DNA of 64,000 nucleotides. Origin: Camelus ferus (Eukaryota). A program made the position numbers and the translations under genes. Location: contig NC_045697.1 in assembly GCF_009834535.1 (NCBI RefSeq), positions 106,518,001 through 106,582,000 on the forward strand. The letters run 5' to 3'. This document shows positions 25,150 to 37,878 of the stretch, piece by piece (the stretch's first letter is position 1; each line of letters opens with the position of its first letter). The notes under the pieces were generated by a model. That model saw only the letters and a program-made list of their open reading frames with translations. It ran no database searches and was not told the DNA's origin.

Positions 25150-26920
25150 TAACTCATTTTTCAAATATCCATAGAACAACTACATTTTTTTAAAGGCCCT
25201 ATAATAAGCCACAGAAAATAAGTGAATAAATTCCAAAGGAAATAAAAAATAGAAGCAGGATTCTCTGATCATATTCTATAAAACTAAAAATAAAACACAA
25301 TGGTATGGTCCTGGCATATGAAGAGAAAAAGAGAAAATGCAATAAAATACAGTGTCCAAAAATAAACTCAATATTTACAAAAATAAACTAGGTAACATTT
25401 CAGAAGTGTGGGGTGAAAATGAATTACCTAATGAATACTGTTGGAACAACTGAATAGCTATCTAGAAAATAAATAAAACAGGATCCTGTGGCCTAGGATA
25501 CCAGTTCTCCCTCAATATCCAGTGTCCTTCCTCTGTCACAGCGTCCCAGATTCTTAGCTGGGTACACGACTTCATTTCCCTGACTCCCTCACAGTTCACT
25601 GTGGTCATGAGACTTGAGTACCGGCCAATATTATGTGTACAGAATTGGTACAGGCAGCTTCCAGGAAGTGTCCTTAAAGGGAAAGGATAAGCCTTTCTTC
25701 GTTTTTCTCTTCTTCCTGCTGGCTGGGATCCTGATGTTTTGGCTGGAGCTCCAACAGCCTTCTTGGACTATAAAGTGACCTTGGAAATGGAACTACCATA
25801 TAGTGAAGCAATGATATGGAAAAGCTTGAATCCCTCGTATCATGGAATACTCTACAAGATCGTGACCTATACTGCTTCCATGGAAAGAGAGATAAACCTC
25901 AATTCTGTGTAACACACCTTTTCTTTAAGTTTATTTACTATTCTCAGCTGAACTTAGTCTTAACCAGTACAGTTCCCTTTGTCTCAGTATCATATCTTAC
26001 TCCAAAATAAACTCCAGAAGTCTCACATATTTAAAGGCTGAAAACAAAACAAAAGCCATGAAAGCATGAAAAGAAAACATAAGAGGATTATTTCTATAAT
26101 TCTGAAGTAGGAAGATCTTTCTAAATTGTAACACAAAACCTAGAGAACAGAAAATGAAAGGTTGTTAAGTTCAACTCCATAAAGACTGCACAGTAAAAAC
26201 AAAACAGAACATAATACCAAAACAAGGTTAAAAGACAAACAGCAAACTAGGTAAAACATTTGAAACAGATTTCACATTGGACAAGGGCTAAATTCCACTA
26301 GATATGTTGATCAGTAACATCAAACAATAGCCCAGTAGAAAAGGTGGTAATGATTATGAACGGTTTATATGAAAGGAAATGCAAATAATTCTAAACATAC
26401 GAAAAGATGCTCAGTCTTATAACAAAAGAAATATAAGTTAGAGCTACTGAGAGGTGTCATTTTCTATCGATCAGACAGACAAAAGTCAAAAACTTTGTTA
26501 ATATGTGCTTTGGTCAAGGTTTTGAGGAAACAAGTAGTTACATATCACTAAGTGTAAATGGGTACAACTTAAACTGAGCACAATTTGACAGAACCTATCC
26601 AAACTACCAGTGCACATAACTTCGACCCAGAAATTCCACTCGAGAAATGTACCTTATAATACATGTGAACATTTGCCAAAGGATGGATACCCGAGATACT
26701 GATCTTTGCCTTACTTGAGAAGAATGGAAAGAAATGTCCTAAATGTCCATCAGTGGGAACTGGTTAAATAAAATAAGGTACATTTATACACTGGAATCTC
26801 ATGCCGCTATTAAAATGAGTTCTCTACGCACTGATAAGGAATGAAAAGAGACACACTGTTTGGTGAGGGAAAATATGTGTATTATAATCCCTTTTGTATT
26901 TGAAAAAGCAAAGAATATAT
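25150..26920 (+). mobile_element. Old L1 (L1ME-like) ORF2/3' remnant, split by an MLT1 LTR
   Basis: L1 motifs on both sides of the LTR: 'atactgttggaacaactgaatagcta' and 'ccaaaataaactccag...ttcgacccagaaattccactc...aaatgtccatcagtgggaactggttaaataaa'. Confidence 0.8.
25487..25971 (+). mobile_element. MLT1 (MLT1I/J-like) MaLR solo LTR
   Basis: TG...CA termini; flanking 5-mers gatcc / gttcc; internal 'ttccaggaagtgtccttaaaggg...ggctggagctccaacagccttcttggac'. Confidence 0.85.
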
Positions 26921-28594
26921 ACATATACAATTATATAAATAATTAAGAATATATAATTATCCATAATTAAGAATATATAATTTAAATTAGATACTTTTAT
27001 AAAATGCATTGTTGCAACAGATCAAATGTTAGAATAATTTGTTAATAATTGAAACTTGAAATAAAGGGATGATGTTTAGGTCATTGTATAAAAGCAATAG
27101 TTCCAGCAGTTCCAAAACACTCTCAGTGTTCTTTTATTTAAAGAAAATCAGTCAAGTCCAAGAGGGTAGACTCTGCAGCCATCCCCAGATCCTGCGACAG
27201 GATCTGTCACAGACCTGACAACAAATATTCACAGAAGAAATTAAAGATTTAAATGAAATGGAATTGTAACTAAAAGAAATCACCAATAATGTTATAATGT
27301 ATCATTGAAATTCATTGCAGATCGCTTTGCCTTGGTTGGTATTAGTCCAAGTTTCTGCTGTTCTGATTTTCATGATGTCTCGGGTCTCACTGACTTTTTA
27401 CCTGGCACATTTACTAGACCGTCAGCTCCGGATAACAGGCGGCAAGGTTTACAATTCCTTGGGCAGTTTTCACGTTGTGGCACTTGCTCTCTTTTCACAC
27501 GCACTCACACGCACTCTTCTCCATTCTACTGTTGTCAGGCTGCTCACTTCTTCTCACACCAGCTGCTCCTCCCACCTGCTCCCCCAAAACATAATGTAAA
27601 CCCTCCATCTGACGCACAGAAGGGACATTGACTACGAAAGGGTAAATTTCTGAGGATGGTTCTCTCCTCGATTGAGGCAGAGGGTGTTGAAAGAGCTCAG
27701 AAGATAGGCAGCAGGCAGATAACAGGACCTCAGCTCAGACACAAAAATAGAAACACTCTGGCCTCAGAAAGCAGAGGAAGTTGTAGTCTTTGGGGGGGAT
27801 TTTTCCTTTTGGCTGAAGTTCAAAATCCCAAATCTTTCCTTAGAATGAAGGCATTTATTAATGACTTTAATCTCTTCTGAGAAAGCAGGGAGATTCCTGA
27901 TAAAAATTCTTCCCTTAATTTCAGGGTCTTGGTTTCCAAATAGCGATGAGGTTTAATAAGGACACCTTAGGTGTATTTCTCATCATACAAAGTGACTCAA
28001 AAATATGAGCACTCTGGGGTTTTTGGAGAATATGATGGAAAACGTTCAAAAGTTGCTCATAGTAAAGTAGGTTTTTTTTTAAACCTCAAACTGGAGTGTG
28101 AAATTGAAAAAGCAGTTCATGTCTTTTGAAAGATCTGTTTAATTAAGAAGAGTTACTGATAGTTATACTAGGATCTGCTTCTTGTTTTTCTTTGGTGGGA
28201 TTATAGCTTATTTTTGTTCCATTAAATTATTTTTATTTTAATCAGAAGTCATTTGTTATAGGAATTTAAAGCAGAAGAGAAGAAGGAAGACTCAGCCAGG
28301 TCAGTGACAAGGGCAGGAGCCATTATGAAGAATGAAAGCAGCAGAAATTGGGAGAAACCAGGTTAAGTATCGAGAACCAGAGGCGAAAGTGTGGTGGGGA
28401 CTCAGGTTGATACAGAGCAAATAGAGCAGTCTTCTACAGAGCTGAAGTCCAGGGCTCAGACAAATCAAGGTAACAATACGAAAACCATTCTCTTAAGAGG
28501 CAGTGAACGTAAGCATAGTGTTCATTCAAGGGCAGCGCCGCCAAGTGGAGGAAGAAGGAACTACCATTATCTATCCAAGCCTGTCTCCTGGGAC

Positions 28595-29010
28595 TTTCAT
28601 TCATACACCATCCAAGTATATTAATTGATGACATTCTCTGTGCAAAATACTACGCTGATTGTTCTGAGTGAGCGAAACAAACATGGTCTCGTGGAGCTTA
28701 CATTATGGCAAGGGGGCAGAGCAAATAAATAAATTAGTAACTCAATTCAAAAGTAAGCCAATACAATTTTTAAGATTATACAAGTACGATGGAGGAAACA
28801 AGCAAGAAGCTGAGAGGTCGAACAGGGAAAAGGTGGCCAGGAAAGGCTGCCTGAAGTGACGCGGAGCTGAGGCATGAGGGTGGAGAAGGCGCCAGCCACG
28901 AGAAAAAAGGAGGAAGATACATCTAGACTTTGCCAGCCAGTGCAAAGATCCAGAGGTGAGCAAAACTCCACCTATTCAAAGAACTGCCAGAAAAGCCATG
29001 TGGCTGCAGA
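28595..29010 (-). mobile_element. L2 LINE 3' remnant
   Basis: 'ttcattcat...gtggagcttacattatggc...ggtggccaggaaaggctgcctgaagtgac...cagtgcaaagatccagaggtgag'. Confidence 0.8.
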
Positions 29011-29829
29011 CTGGGGCTTCTGCAGCTACGCTCCCCACCACAGTTTATCCCACAGCTCACAAGCATCTGGGAATCATAGCTGCCTGGAGTATCTAAATTA
29101 CGCCTCCTCTTTCAGTTCTCCTTGAGAGATACTGTCTAAATGGTGACCTTGGGCTGGTGATAGAAAGGAAGGAAATTTTCTTCAAAAGTTGTTTTTTTTT
29201 GTTCTGTTTGTTTTAGTATAATGATATACTTCAAATACTAAGAAACAAAACCAAAAAAACCACTAGGAAGTTGTTTAATCAATGTATACGTATTTGTATG
29301 TGTCTCCGTAAAGACCCACCCACCTAACTCAGAATCATTGTCCCGTTCATAGGGTTACCATGGTACCGACTTCTGGAGCATGGAGCTCACTTGCCATCTT
29401 GCTGGGTTTCCTGCATAAGCCTCAGTGGGGAGAGGCTCTTTAGGGAACCACATAGCTAGGAAGAGTCAGCAGGCTCTCTAAAGCTGATCAGAGGAAAAAA
29501 CACACAAGATTAAATTAATTATGTGGTCTGAGGTCTAGTCCACCTTTGTATTTGTTGGTGATAATGTTAATGCTAATCTTTAGAAAATAAATTATTTTAT
29601 ATATGAAAGATGTCTGAATCTCGGTCCACAATCTAGGAATATAAGAAATGTCACATTTCTTTCGTTTCTTCCTATGAACCTAAATAAAACTCAATTTCTG
29701 TCCCACCAGGTGGTGGGAAATGCAATTTTAGTCATTATGGGGTTTCTTTTCCTCCTACTCATTGCCACCTCCAACTCAGGGTCATGCCAAGGTCTCACGG
29801 TCTCATTTAGAGAGGTCAGAAACGGCATT

Positions 29830-30060
29830 CTTTGAGGGCTCTGAAACCACACTACCTAGATGTGCATCTTGCTTCCACCACTTACTAGTATGTGATACTG
29901 GGTAACTTCCTTAACCTCTGGGACCACTAGTGGTGTTAATGATAGTAACAATCTCATAGGGTTACTGGACAGACAGATTCACTAAGATATGCAGGGTTCT
30001 CAGGACAATGTCTGGCACTTAGGTGTGCAATAAATATTTGTCACCATCATCATTATCATT
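29830..30060 (+). mobile_element. MIR SINE
   Basis: 'cttccaccacttactagtatgtgatactgggtaacttccttaacctctg...acaatgtctggcacttagg'. Confidence 0.85.
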
Positions 30061-32075
30061 TTTACATGATGTGAAAGTATCTGGGACTTTCCTCCAGTAA
30101 CTGGTCCACTCTGGTTATCAGAGATGCCTAGTCTCCCAGCTCAGAGGATTTCCTCACATCCTGAGTCCCCACTGCTTCTGGCTGGAAGGACCTCAGCCTC
30201 TGAAATGCTGTCCCCACCCAGGACACCTTGGAATGAGCCACAATCCCCACCAATGTTCCAGCTACTCCCCAGAAATCTTCCTGTGAGCATCTCCCTACCT
30301 CCCCTCTTAGGACCCTAGAAAGCCTCTCCCCCTTCTTGGAACACCCAGCAAAACGTCTTCAGTGAGTTTAGTCTTCTCAACAGTAACAAAACTAAACTTC
30401 AGAAACTTGCAGAAACTTCAAGCAATTTCAGCAGTTTGTAAAAAGGCTGGCGACCTGCTTGGGGAGAGTTCAGGGAAATGGGACAATACAGAAAGAAAAA
30501 AAACATAAATCTCTATTTTCCTGCCACACTGTGTTAAGCCCACTTAGATGCCACATGCTCCAAAAGATTGCAAATATTGTGCAATCAATGGCTGTTTCAC
30601 AAGTCAAAGGCCCCTGCTCTCGGTAACAGCTAATTAGTCAGGCCTGATTCTCACTTGGTGGTGGTCGGGAGGACAGATGCCAGTGGTGCTCCAGGATGGA
30701 AGGACAGACGGACTATGAAGAAAGAGCGAGTACAGGAGCTTGGGAACCCCCAAATGACTGGGCAGTGTGGTCTGCATCCCTCACTTGAATCTGGGTGGCA
30801 TCAGAGTTTGAAGATGCACTCATTTTCAAAACAAATCCTGAAAGAACTGCAGTAAAGATAAGAATGAGACAAGCAGACCAGGAGGGGACAGGAGCTGCCT
30901 GGCAGATTCAGAAGAGCCATGAGGACAATGAGCTTAGGTTGGGGACTTAGCTAAGAGAAGTGAAGTGAGAACCGCAGATCCAGGCCGGGACTCAGAGAGG
31001 ACGGTCATCAGTAACTACCCGTTTGGTGAGCAGAGCCTGGAAGGGGAGCCGCTCCAGGTGGGAAGCAACATGAGCCACAGCACTGAGACGAAAGGAGGAG
31101 ACACAAATCCAAAACGGTGCCTAGAAACTAGATCGATCAGCCCAGAGCCTTGACACTTTGACTTCTGCTATTGCCTTCTTTTGTCAATATGCATCTCTAA
31201 AAATAGTCTCTCATTTTCCCGTAAGATTGCCTCCAGCACTGTTTCTAATAGCACCATCAATGTTGCTTTCCAGGTCCACAGCCTCCCCCATATGTTTGGA
31301 GAAGACAGAGGAGGGAGAACAGAGAGAAGGAAACACAGTTATGAAGGAACAGGATCCCTGCCCGTTTCCATAGTTTCCAGGCACTAGGGTACCATTGTTC
31401 TCGGTACTTCTCTGAGCCTGGGCAGTGTTCCATGCAGCTGGAGAGGGAGATGGGGCGGGAGGAGAAGGGCATCTGTTCTTTCTCTCCCTCCTTGTTTCCT
31501 CCCTGGTCTCTGCCCCAGGTGCCTCTACCACTGACGACCCATTGAAGGTGTGAGGGGTTGGCGGAGGAGAGGCAGAAGTCCGTGTCTTCAGGAGCCTATG
31601 CATTAATTGGAACAGAAAGGATTGGTTTTTCGCTCTACATGGAGGCTGTAGATGTGTCTTTCTACCTCCATGGTGTCCTTGGCTCGAGAGCTTATGAACC
31701 CTATAAGACATGCTTACCGTGCATCACCTCATTCTGGATGGAAATCAACCTCTTGTTCAATTAAAGTGGCTTCCAAGTAAAGCCAGCCAAGGCTTTTTTT
31801 ATAACTGACTTTCAAAGTGTCCAAAATAAGGATTACAGGAACCTTTCTTGTCCTCTCCATACCGACACAGAGCTGCCAGATGCAGAATGCTCAGTGAGAT
31901 CGACACCCTTCCACAGAGGCAGGCAAAGACTCACGGGTGAGCCCCATATGCGCCAAGAAATTCTGACGATTGGAAGATGGACACTAAGCCCTTCCTCCAT
32001 TTCTTACAGCGTCAGTGGGCCTCACTGTAACCTGGAATATATTTCAGCTTTAGACTGCATTAAGATGCAGTGGAA

Positions 32076-32219
32076 GGGGAGGGTATAGCTCAGTGGTAGA
32101 GCACGTGCTTAGCATGCACGAGGTCCTGTTCAAACCCTAGCGCCTCCTCCAAAAAATAAGTAAGTAAACTTAATTACCTCCCCCCCAAAACAATTTTTTT
32201 AATTAAAAAAAATTGTTTA
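32076..32219 (+). mobile_element. tRNA-Ala-derived camelid SINE (vic-1 type) with perfect 13-bp TSD
   Basis: Head GGGGAGGGTATAGCTCAGTGGTAGAGCACGTGCTTAGCATGCACGAGGTCC; TSD aagatgcagtgga at 32062-32074 and 32220-32232. Confidence 0.95.
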
Positions 32220-32232
32220 AAGATGCAGTGGA

Positions 32233-32415
32233 GAGGATGTAGGTCCAACTTTGCTATGTGTTCTCTTCCCTTGGGGGGGTTATGTAACCTCCTTTAAGTC
32301 TCAATTTTATCATATATGTCATAGGGACGGTGTGTGGGTTTAATGAAATCATGTATACAGCTTGCAGCAAAATGCCTAGCAAAGATCAAGCAGTCGAAAA
32401 TACCAGTTCCCTCTC
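32233..32415 (+). mobile_element. MIR SINE remnant adjacent to the vic-1 insertion
   Basis: 'ttatgtaacctcctttaagtctcaattttatcatatatg...taatgaaatcatgtatacagcttgcagcaaaatgcctagca'. Confidence 0.65.
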
Positions 32416-33284
32416 TGTATCTTTCCTTTTCTATAAAGAGACCACCACTTTTCCTTCTTTCTGACTTAATCTCATAAAAATCACTCCTTTGAGTTTAGGT
32501 AAAGGTGTGGTCTCAAGAAGACAATCATTAGATGCAACTGAGGAAGGAAAGGGGGCTGGGGTTTTAACCTTTTTCAAAGAACACATTAGCCTGGGTTTGA
32601 TTTTATTAAACAAATGATTTGTCTACTATTTATCTTCTTAGTCAATTTTAAGGAAGTAGCAAGAATTGCCTAGGGGCAATGGGGTTCAGACTTGAACATT
32701 TATACACTGAGAAGTGAGGAAAGGGGAGGGTCCAGGGGCCTCTAACCGAAGGATAAGTATCAAGTCGCAAGGGGGAGAAAATGAAGACACAGTGTTCTGA
32801 ATTCAGAATTCTGCCTAGAATCAGCCCTGGTAACCTGCATGGGAAAACAAAATAAAATAATATGGATCATTAGTTGTATCAGCAAGCAGGTATTCGAATC
32901 CACTCTGCTCAGATATGTCAATAAGAACTTGCAAGCAATACTTCTTGTCTTATGAGAATTAACTCTATTCTCTTTCAGTGACAGGATTTCTCTAAGACTA
33001 GAGAATTCAGTTCAATTCAGCCAACATCTATCGTGCCCCTATTATATGCCCTCACACTACAAGTCCTTGCAGTGACAGAGAATCAATCTCCTCTCCACTA
33101 AAAGTCAACTCCGAAAGGCCCACTCTGAGAGCCCAAACAAGGGCTCAGGAGTAATGCACTGTTCACATACTTTTAGTGATATGTACACAGAATTCATTGT
33201 TTTTGTTTCACTTACCAGTGGCTTGAGGCTGTCATATCGATGAGGGAAAATAAGCCCTAGTGATTAACACAGTGAGGCTTTTAC

Positions 33285-36095
33285 TTCGGTGAGGTTCAGT
33301 TTAATCAATTTGTCCTTTTATGGTTCATGCTTTTGATGTCAAGTGTAAGAACTCTTTGCCTAACCCTAGGTCCCAAAGACTTCCTGCTGCTTTTTCTAGA
33401 AGTTCCATGTTTTACATTTAAGTTTTATGTTCTAGTTTTATGTTTTACATTTATGTTCATAATCTATTTTGAATTCATTCTGGTATAAAGTTTGAGGTTT
33501 AGATAGACTTCTGGGGGTTTTTTGGCTGTGGGCATTCAACTGCTCCAGCACCACTTATTGAAAAAACTATCACTCTTCCATTGGATTGCTTTTGCTCCTT
33601 CGTCAAAAATTAATTATTCATATTTGTGTAGCTCTATTCCTGGGTTCTCTGTTCTGCTGCACTGACTTATGTGCATCCATCCATACCTTCTTGAATACTG
33701 TTGTTCTATTGTAAGCCTTAACGTCAAGAAGAATTATTTCCTCCCATTTTCTTCTTCTTTTTCAAAATTATTTTAGCCAATCTAGAGCCCTCATCTTTCC
33801 ATTTGAATTTTAGAATAAACTTGTTTATGTCTACCAAAAAAAAAAAAAAAAAACCTTGCTGAAATTGATAGGAATTGGGTTAAATCTAACAATTTAGGGA
33901 GCACTGACAGTTTTACTCTGTTGAGTCTTCCAGTCCCTTAATGCAATCTGTCTTTCCAAATATTTAAGTCTTTGATTTCTTTCATCACTATCTTATCATA
34001 TTCATCACACCAATCCTGTACATGTTGTGTCAGATTTATAATTAAATATTTTATTTTATTTGGAGCAACTATAAATGGTACTGTAGGGTTTTAAAAAAAT
34101 TTTTTTTGTATTGTTTTGCATTTTTTTGGAGGAGGGAGGCAGTAATTAGGTTTGTTTGTTTGTTTGTTTTAATGAAGGTACTGGGGATTAAAAGCCATTG
34201 ACTTTGTCCATGCTAAGCATGCACTCTACCACTGAGCTATACCCTCCCCTACAATGGTACTGTGTTTTTAAATTTTGGTTTCCACTTGTTTGTTGTCAGT
34301 ATATAGAAAAGCTATTGATTTTTGTGTGCTAATATTGTATTCTGTGACCTTACTGAACTCACTCATTAGCACTTGGAATTTGGATTAGTTTTCATTTGTC
34401 TTAGATCCCGTGGGATTTTCTACATAGACAATCATGACATCTGCAAAGAAAGACAGTTTTATTTCTTCCTTTCCAAACTGGATGTGTTTCTATCTTTCTT
34501 TCTTTCTTTCTTTGGTCTTTTTTCACTGACTAGGACTTTAGGCACTATGTTAATAAGAATGATGAGAGCAGACATCCTTAGCTTGTTCCTGATCTTACAG
34601 GGAAAGCATGTACTAAAAGCTTTTATCGTTAAGTATGATGTTAGCTCTAAGTTTTTTGTTCATGCTTTTTATGAGTCTGAGGAAATTCTCCTGTTTCCCT
34701 AGAGTACTGAGAGTTTTGCTATGAATGAGAGTTGAATTTTGCCAAATGCTTTTTTTGCAAATTGGTGTGGTCATGTGATTTTTCTTCCTCAGCCAGTTGA
34801 TATGGTGTATTGTGTTGACTGAGTTTCAGGTGCTGAACCATCTTGTATGCTGGAATAAATCCCACCTGGACATGGTGTCTTATTCCTTACACATTGCTGT
34901 ATTCAATTTGCTAAAATGTTGAGGTTATTTACATCTATGTTCATGAGAGTTATTGGTCTGTAGTTTTCTTTGGGGGGCATCTGTCCAGTTTTTTGATACA
35001 AGGGTAATTCTGTCCTCATAAAATTAGCTGGGACATGTTCCCTTCTCTTCTATTTTCTAGAAGAAATTGTGTAAAAGTTTTGTTAATTCTTTCAGTATTT
35101 GATAAAACTTCCCAATAAAGCTATCTGGGCCTGAGTATTTATTTTTTTTTAAGAGTTTTTAAATAATAAATTCACTTTCTTTCGTTATTAGAAGCCTGTT
35201 CAGGTTACCTGTGTCATCTTGGCTGAGTTGTAGTAGATTGTGGTTTTTGAGGAATTGGTTCATTTCTTCTAAGTCGTCAAATTTATGAGTATAAAGTTGT
35301 TCATAGTTGTCCCTTATTATCCTTTTAATGGCTGAAGAATCCATAATTATATTCCTTGTCATTAAAGATACTGGTCATTTCTTTCTTCTCTATTTTTATC
35401 TTTGTCAGTGTTAGTAGGAGTTTACCAATTTTGTTTATTTTCAAAGAACCATCTTTTTACTTCTCTGGTTTTCTCTAAATGTTTTCCTATTTTGAATTCC
35501 ACTGATTTCTGCTACTTTGATACTTGCTGTCCATCCCTCTGCTTGCTTTCAGTCCATTTTTCTGTCGTCACTCTAATTTCTGGAGGAAGGAACTCAGATT
35601 ATTGATTTGAGATCTTCCCTCTTCTCTAATGTCAGAATTGAGTCCTCCCAGCCCTGCTTTCGTTGCTTCCACAAATGTTGATACACTGTGCTTTCACTTT
35701 CATTCAGTTTTATGTGTTTTCCTTTGAGATTTCCTCTTTGACCCATGGGTTATTCAGAAGCATGTTGCTTCATTTCTAAGTGCTTAGAGGTTTTCCTGCT
35801 GTCTTTCTGTTAGCGATTTCTAGCTGCATTACATTATGGTCGAAGAGCATACTCTGTGAGATTTCTCTTTAAATTGCTTAATGTTTGTTTTATGACCCAG
35901 GATATGATCCATCTTGGTAAATGTTCCATGGTGCTTGAAAGAATGCATATTCTGTTTTTGTTGGATAGAGGGTCTTGTAAGTGTCAATTCGTTCCTTTCA
36001 TTTGATGGTGTTTTCCAGTTCTATATCCTTGTATTGTCCTATCTAGTAATTTTATCAGTCGTTGAGAGCATGATGTTGATGTCCCCAATTATAAG
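33285..36095 (-). mobile_element. Old L1 ORF2 remnant (antisense), from the endonuclease domain to the post-RT region
   Basis: ORF 35159-35362 contains IKRIIRDNYEQLYTHKFDDLEEMNQFLKNHNL (L1 ORF2); minus-strand 'IIGDIN' ~ EN-domain GDFN near 36090. Confidence 0.92.
34085..34249 (-). mobile_element. vic-1-type SINE nested in L1, 11-bp TSD
   Basis: 'catgctaagcatgcactctaccactgagctataccctcccc'; TSD aatggtactgt at 34074-34084 and 34253-34263. Confidence 0.95.
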
Positions 36096-36099
36096 CAAC

Positions 36100-36152
36100 C
36101 TTGGGTTTAACAAGCCTTCCAGGTGATTCAGATGTGCCCTAAAGTTTGCTCA
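36100..36152. mobile_element. MER5A-like hAT-Charlie fragment
   Basis: 'tttaacaagccttccaggtgattcagatgtgccctaaagtttg'. Confidence 0.7.
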
Positions 36153-36366
36153 GGGCAGAGCAACTCAACAAAGGTAGCTAAGTTGCAATAAAACTTCACT
36201 ATTTTATAAACTATAAATTAGAATTTTTTAATGAACTTGATACTGTTTTCAGTGAGTGCAAAAAATTATTCCAAGTGCATAAAGTATAAATACAAAGGCA
36301 TTTTAATATAATTTTAATACTTACTAAAATAAGTGATCAGTTGTGCCATAACTACCTCCCATGGGG

Positions 36367-37228
36367 ACAACTCAATAGCAAAAACACAAATAATCCAACT
36401 TAAAAATGGGCAAAGGACCACGAAGACATTTTTCCAAAGAAGACATACAGATGGCCAACAGGTACATGAAAAGATGCTCAACATCATTCATCAACAGGGA
36501 ACCACAAATCAAAACCACAGTGAGGTATCACCTCACACCTGTTAAAATGGCTATTATCAAAAAAGACAAAAGATAATTGCTAACAAGGTTGTGGGGGAAA
36601 GGGAATCCTTGTACGCCATTGAGTGGTAATGTAAATCAGTCCAGTCATTGTGGAAAACAGTATGTAGGTTCCTCAAAAAATTAAAAATAGAACTACCATG
36701 TGATCCAGCAGGTCCACTTCTGTGTATGTATCCAAAGGAAGTGAAACAGGATCTTGAAGAGTTATCTGCGCTCCCATGTTCACTGCAGCATTATTTATAA
36801 TAGCCAAGATATGGAAATACCCCTAAGTGTCCACTGATGGATGAATGGGTAAGGAAAGCACGGTATGTATACACACACACAATGGAATATTATTATTCAG
36901 CCATTAAAAAAAGAAGACAGTCTTGCCTTTTGCAACAACACTGGATGGACCTTGAGGGCATTATGCTAAGTGAAATAAATCAGACAGAGAAAGACAAATA
37001 CTATGTGATCTCACTTATGTGTGGAATCTAGAGAAACCAAACTCATAAGAACAGAGACCAGATTGGTAGTTGCCAGAGACAGGTGGTGGGGCTAAGGGAC
37101 AGGCGGGGAGCGGGTGCAGGGAGAATGGGTGAAGGTGGTCAAAAGGTACAAACTTCCATTTATGAGAGAAATTCCACAGATCTAATATACAGCATGATGA
37201 TTATAGTTAATAACATTGTATTATATTC
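36367..37228 (+). mobile_element. L1 (L1MA9-like) ORF2 C-terminus and 3'UTR
   Basis: ORF 36837-37031 ends WMDLEGIMLSEINQTEKDKYYVISLMCGI*; 3'UTR 'ggtgaaggtggtcaaaaggtacaaacttcc'. Confidence 0.92.
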
Positions 37229-37253
37229 TTTTTATTGACATGTGGTTGATTTA

Positions 37254-37545
37254 CAACTTATGCCAATAAATTCAAGTATTTAGATGAGATTCATGTATGA
37301 CTGAAAAATTGTGCTGTACACCAGAAATTGACACATCATAAACTGACTATAACTCAACAGAAAAAAAAAAAGAGTTTAGATAAGATGGACAAATTCCTTG
37401 AAGGAATAAATGACCAAAGCTTACTGGTATTTCAAAGCTCAGTACCCCAAATTGCTTCACTGATTAATTGTATGAAAAAGCTAAGGAAGAAATAATACCA
37501 GTTCTATAGACACTCTTCCAGGAAACAGAAGAATGCAGGGCCAGC
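37254..37545 (+). mobile_element. Small L1 ORF2 fragment containing an ~80-bp young L1 3' tail insertion (~37291-37371)
   Basis: 'caacttatgccaataaattc...ggacaaattccttgaa' ~ QLYANKF...DKFLE; insert flanked by tttagatgagat / tttagataagat. Confidence 0.75.
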
Positions 37546-37771
37546 ACCAGATGTTCCTGGATAGAAAGCTTGCCTCCGGTTTCCCAGTGTATCGGAAAGT
37601 GGCTCTTTTATACTCTCACAAAAGCACAGATTTTGCTGAGAATGAACACAGATTAAGTGAAAAGAAAGAGAAGAAAATATTTGCAAATATCCTCTGCCCT
37701 CTTTGCCTTATCTAGATTGAAACTACTGCTTCCAAACAGCCTCTTCAGTGTACATTTTGGTAAAATGGACC

Positions 37772-37878
37772 AGGGTCACCGACCATCCCAGTTTGCCCAA
37801 GACTTTCCCCGTTGTGGCACGGGAAATCCATCCTGGGAAATCCTTCAGCCTAAGGAAAACCAAAACAATGGCCACCCT
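37772..37878. mobile_element. MER81-like hAT-Blackjack MITE
   Basis: Termini agggtcacc ... ggccaccct (degenerate inverted repeats); internal 'catcccagtttgcccaagactttccc'. Confidence 0.75.

Noticed and set aside
26939..26982. 20-bp direct repeat ataattaagaatatataatt (similar small duplications near 4050, 30395, 33410 and 50497)
   Set aside because: Ordinary slippage duplications in AT-rich or repeat DNA; no array structure or spacers, so not CRISPR-like.
27186..27206. 9-bp hairpin cagatcctg-cga-caggatctg
   Set aside because: Short, expected by chance in 64 kb, and lies in a probable L2 3' remnant.
32076..32150. Apparent tRNA-Ala(AGC) genes (also at 22820, 34180 and 58849)
   Set aside because: They have extended 5' ends, mismatched stems and a shared non-tRNA body and tail, and three of the four have TSDs. 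They are SINE heads, not tRNA genes.
33285..37228. Antisense plus sense L1 pair resembling a twin-priming inversion
   Set aside because: The pieces look like different subfamilies and ages, are separated by ~270 bp including a MER5-like fragment, and share no TSD.
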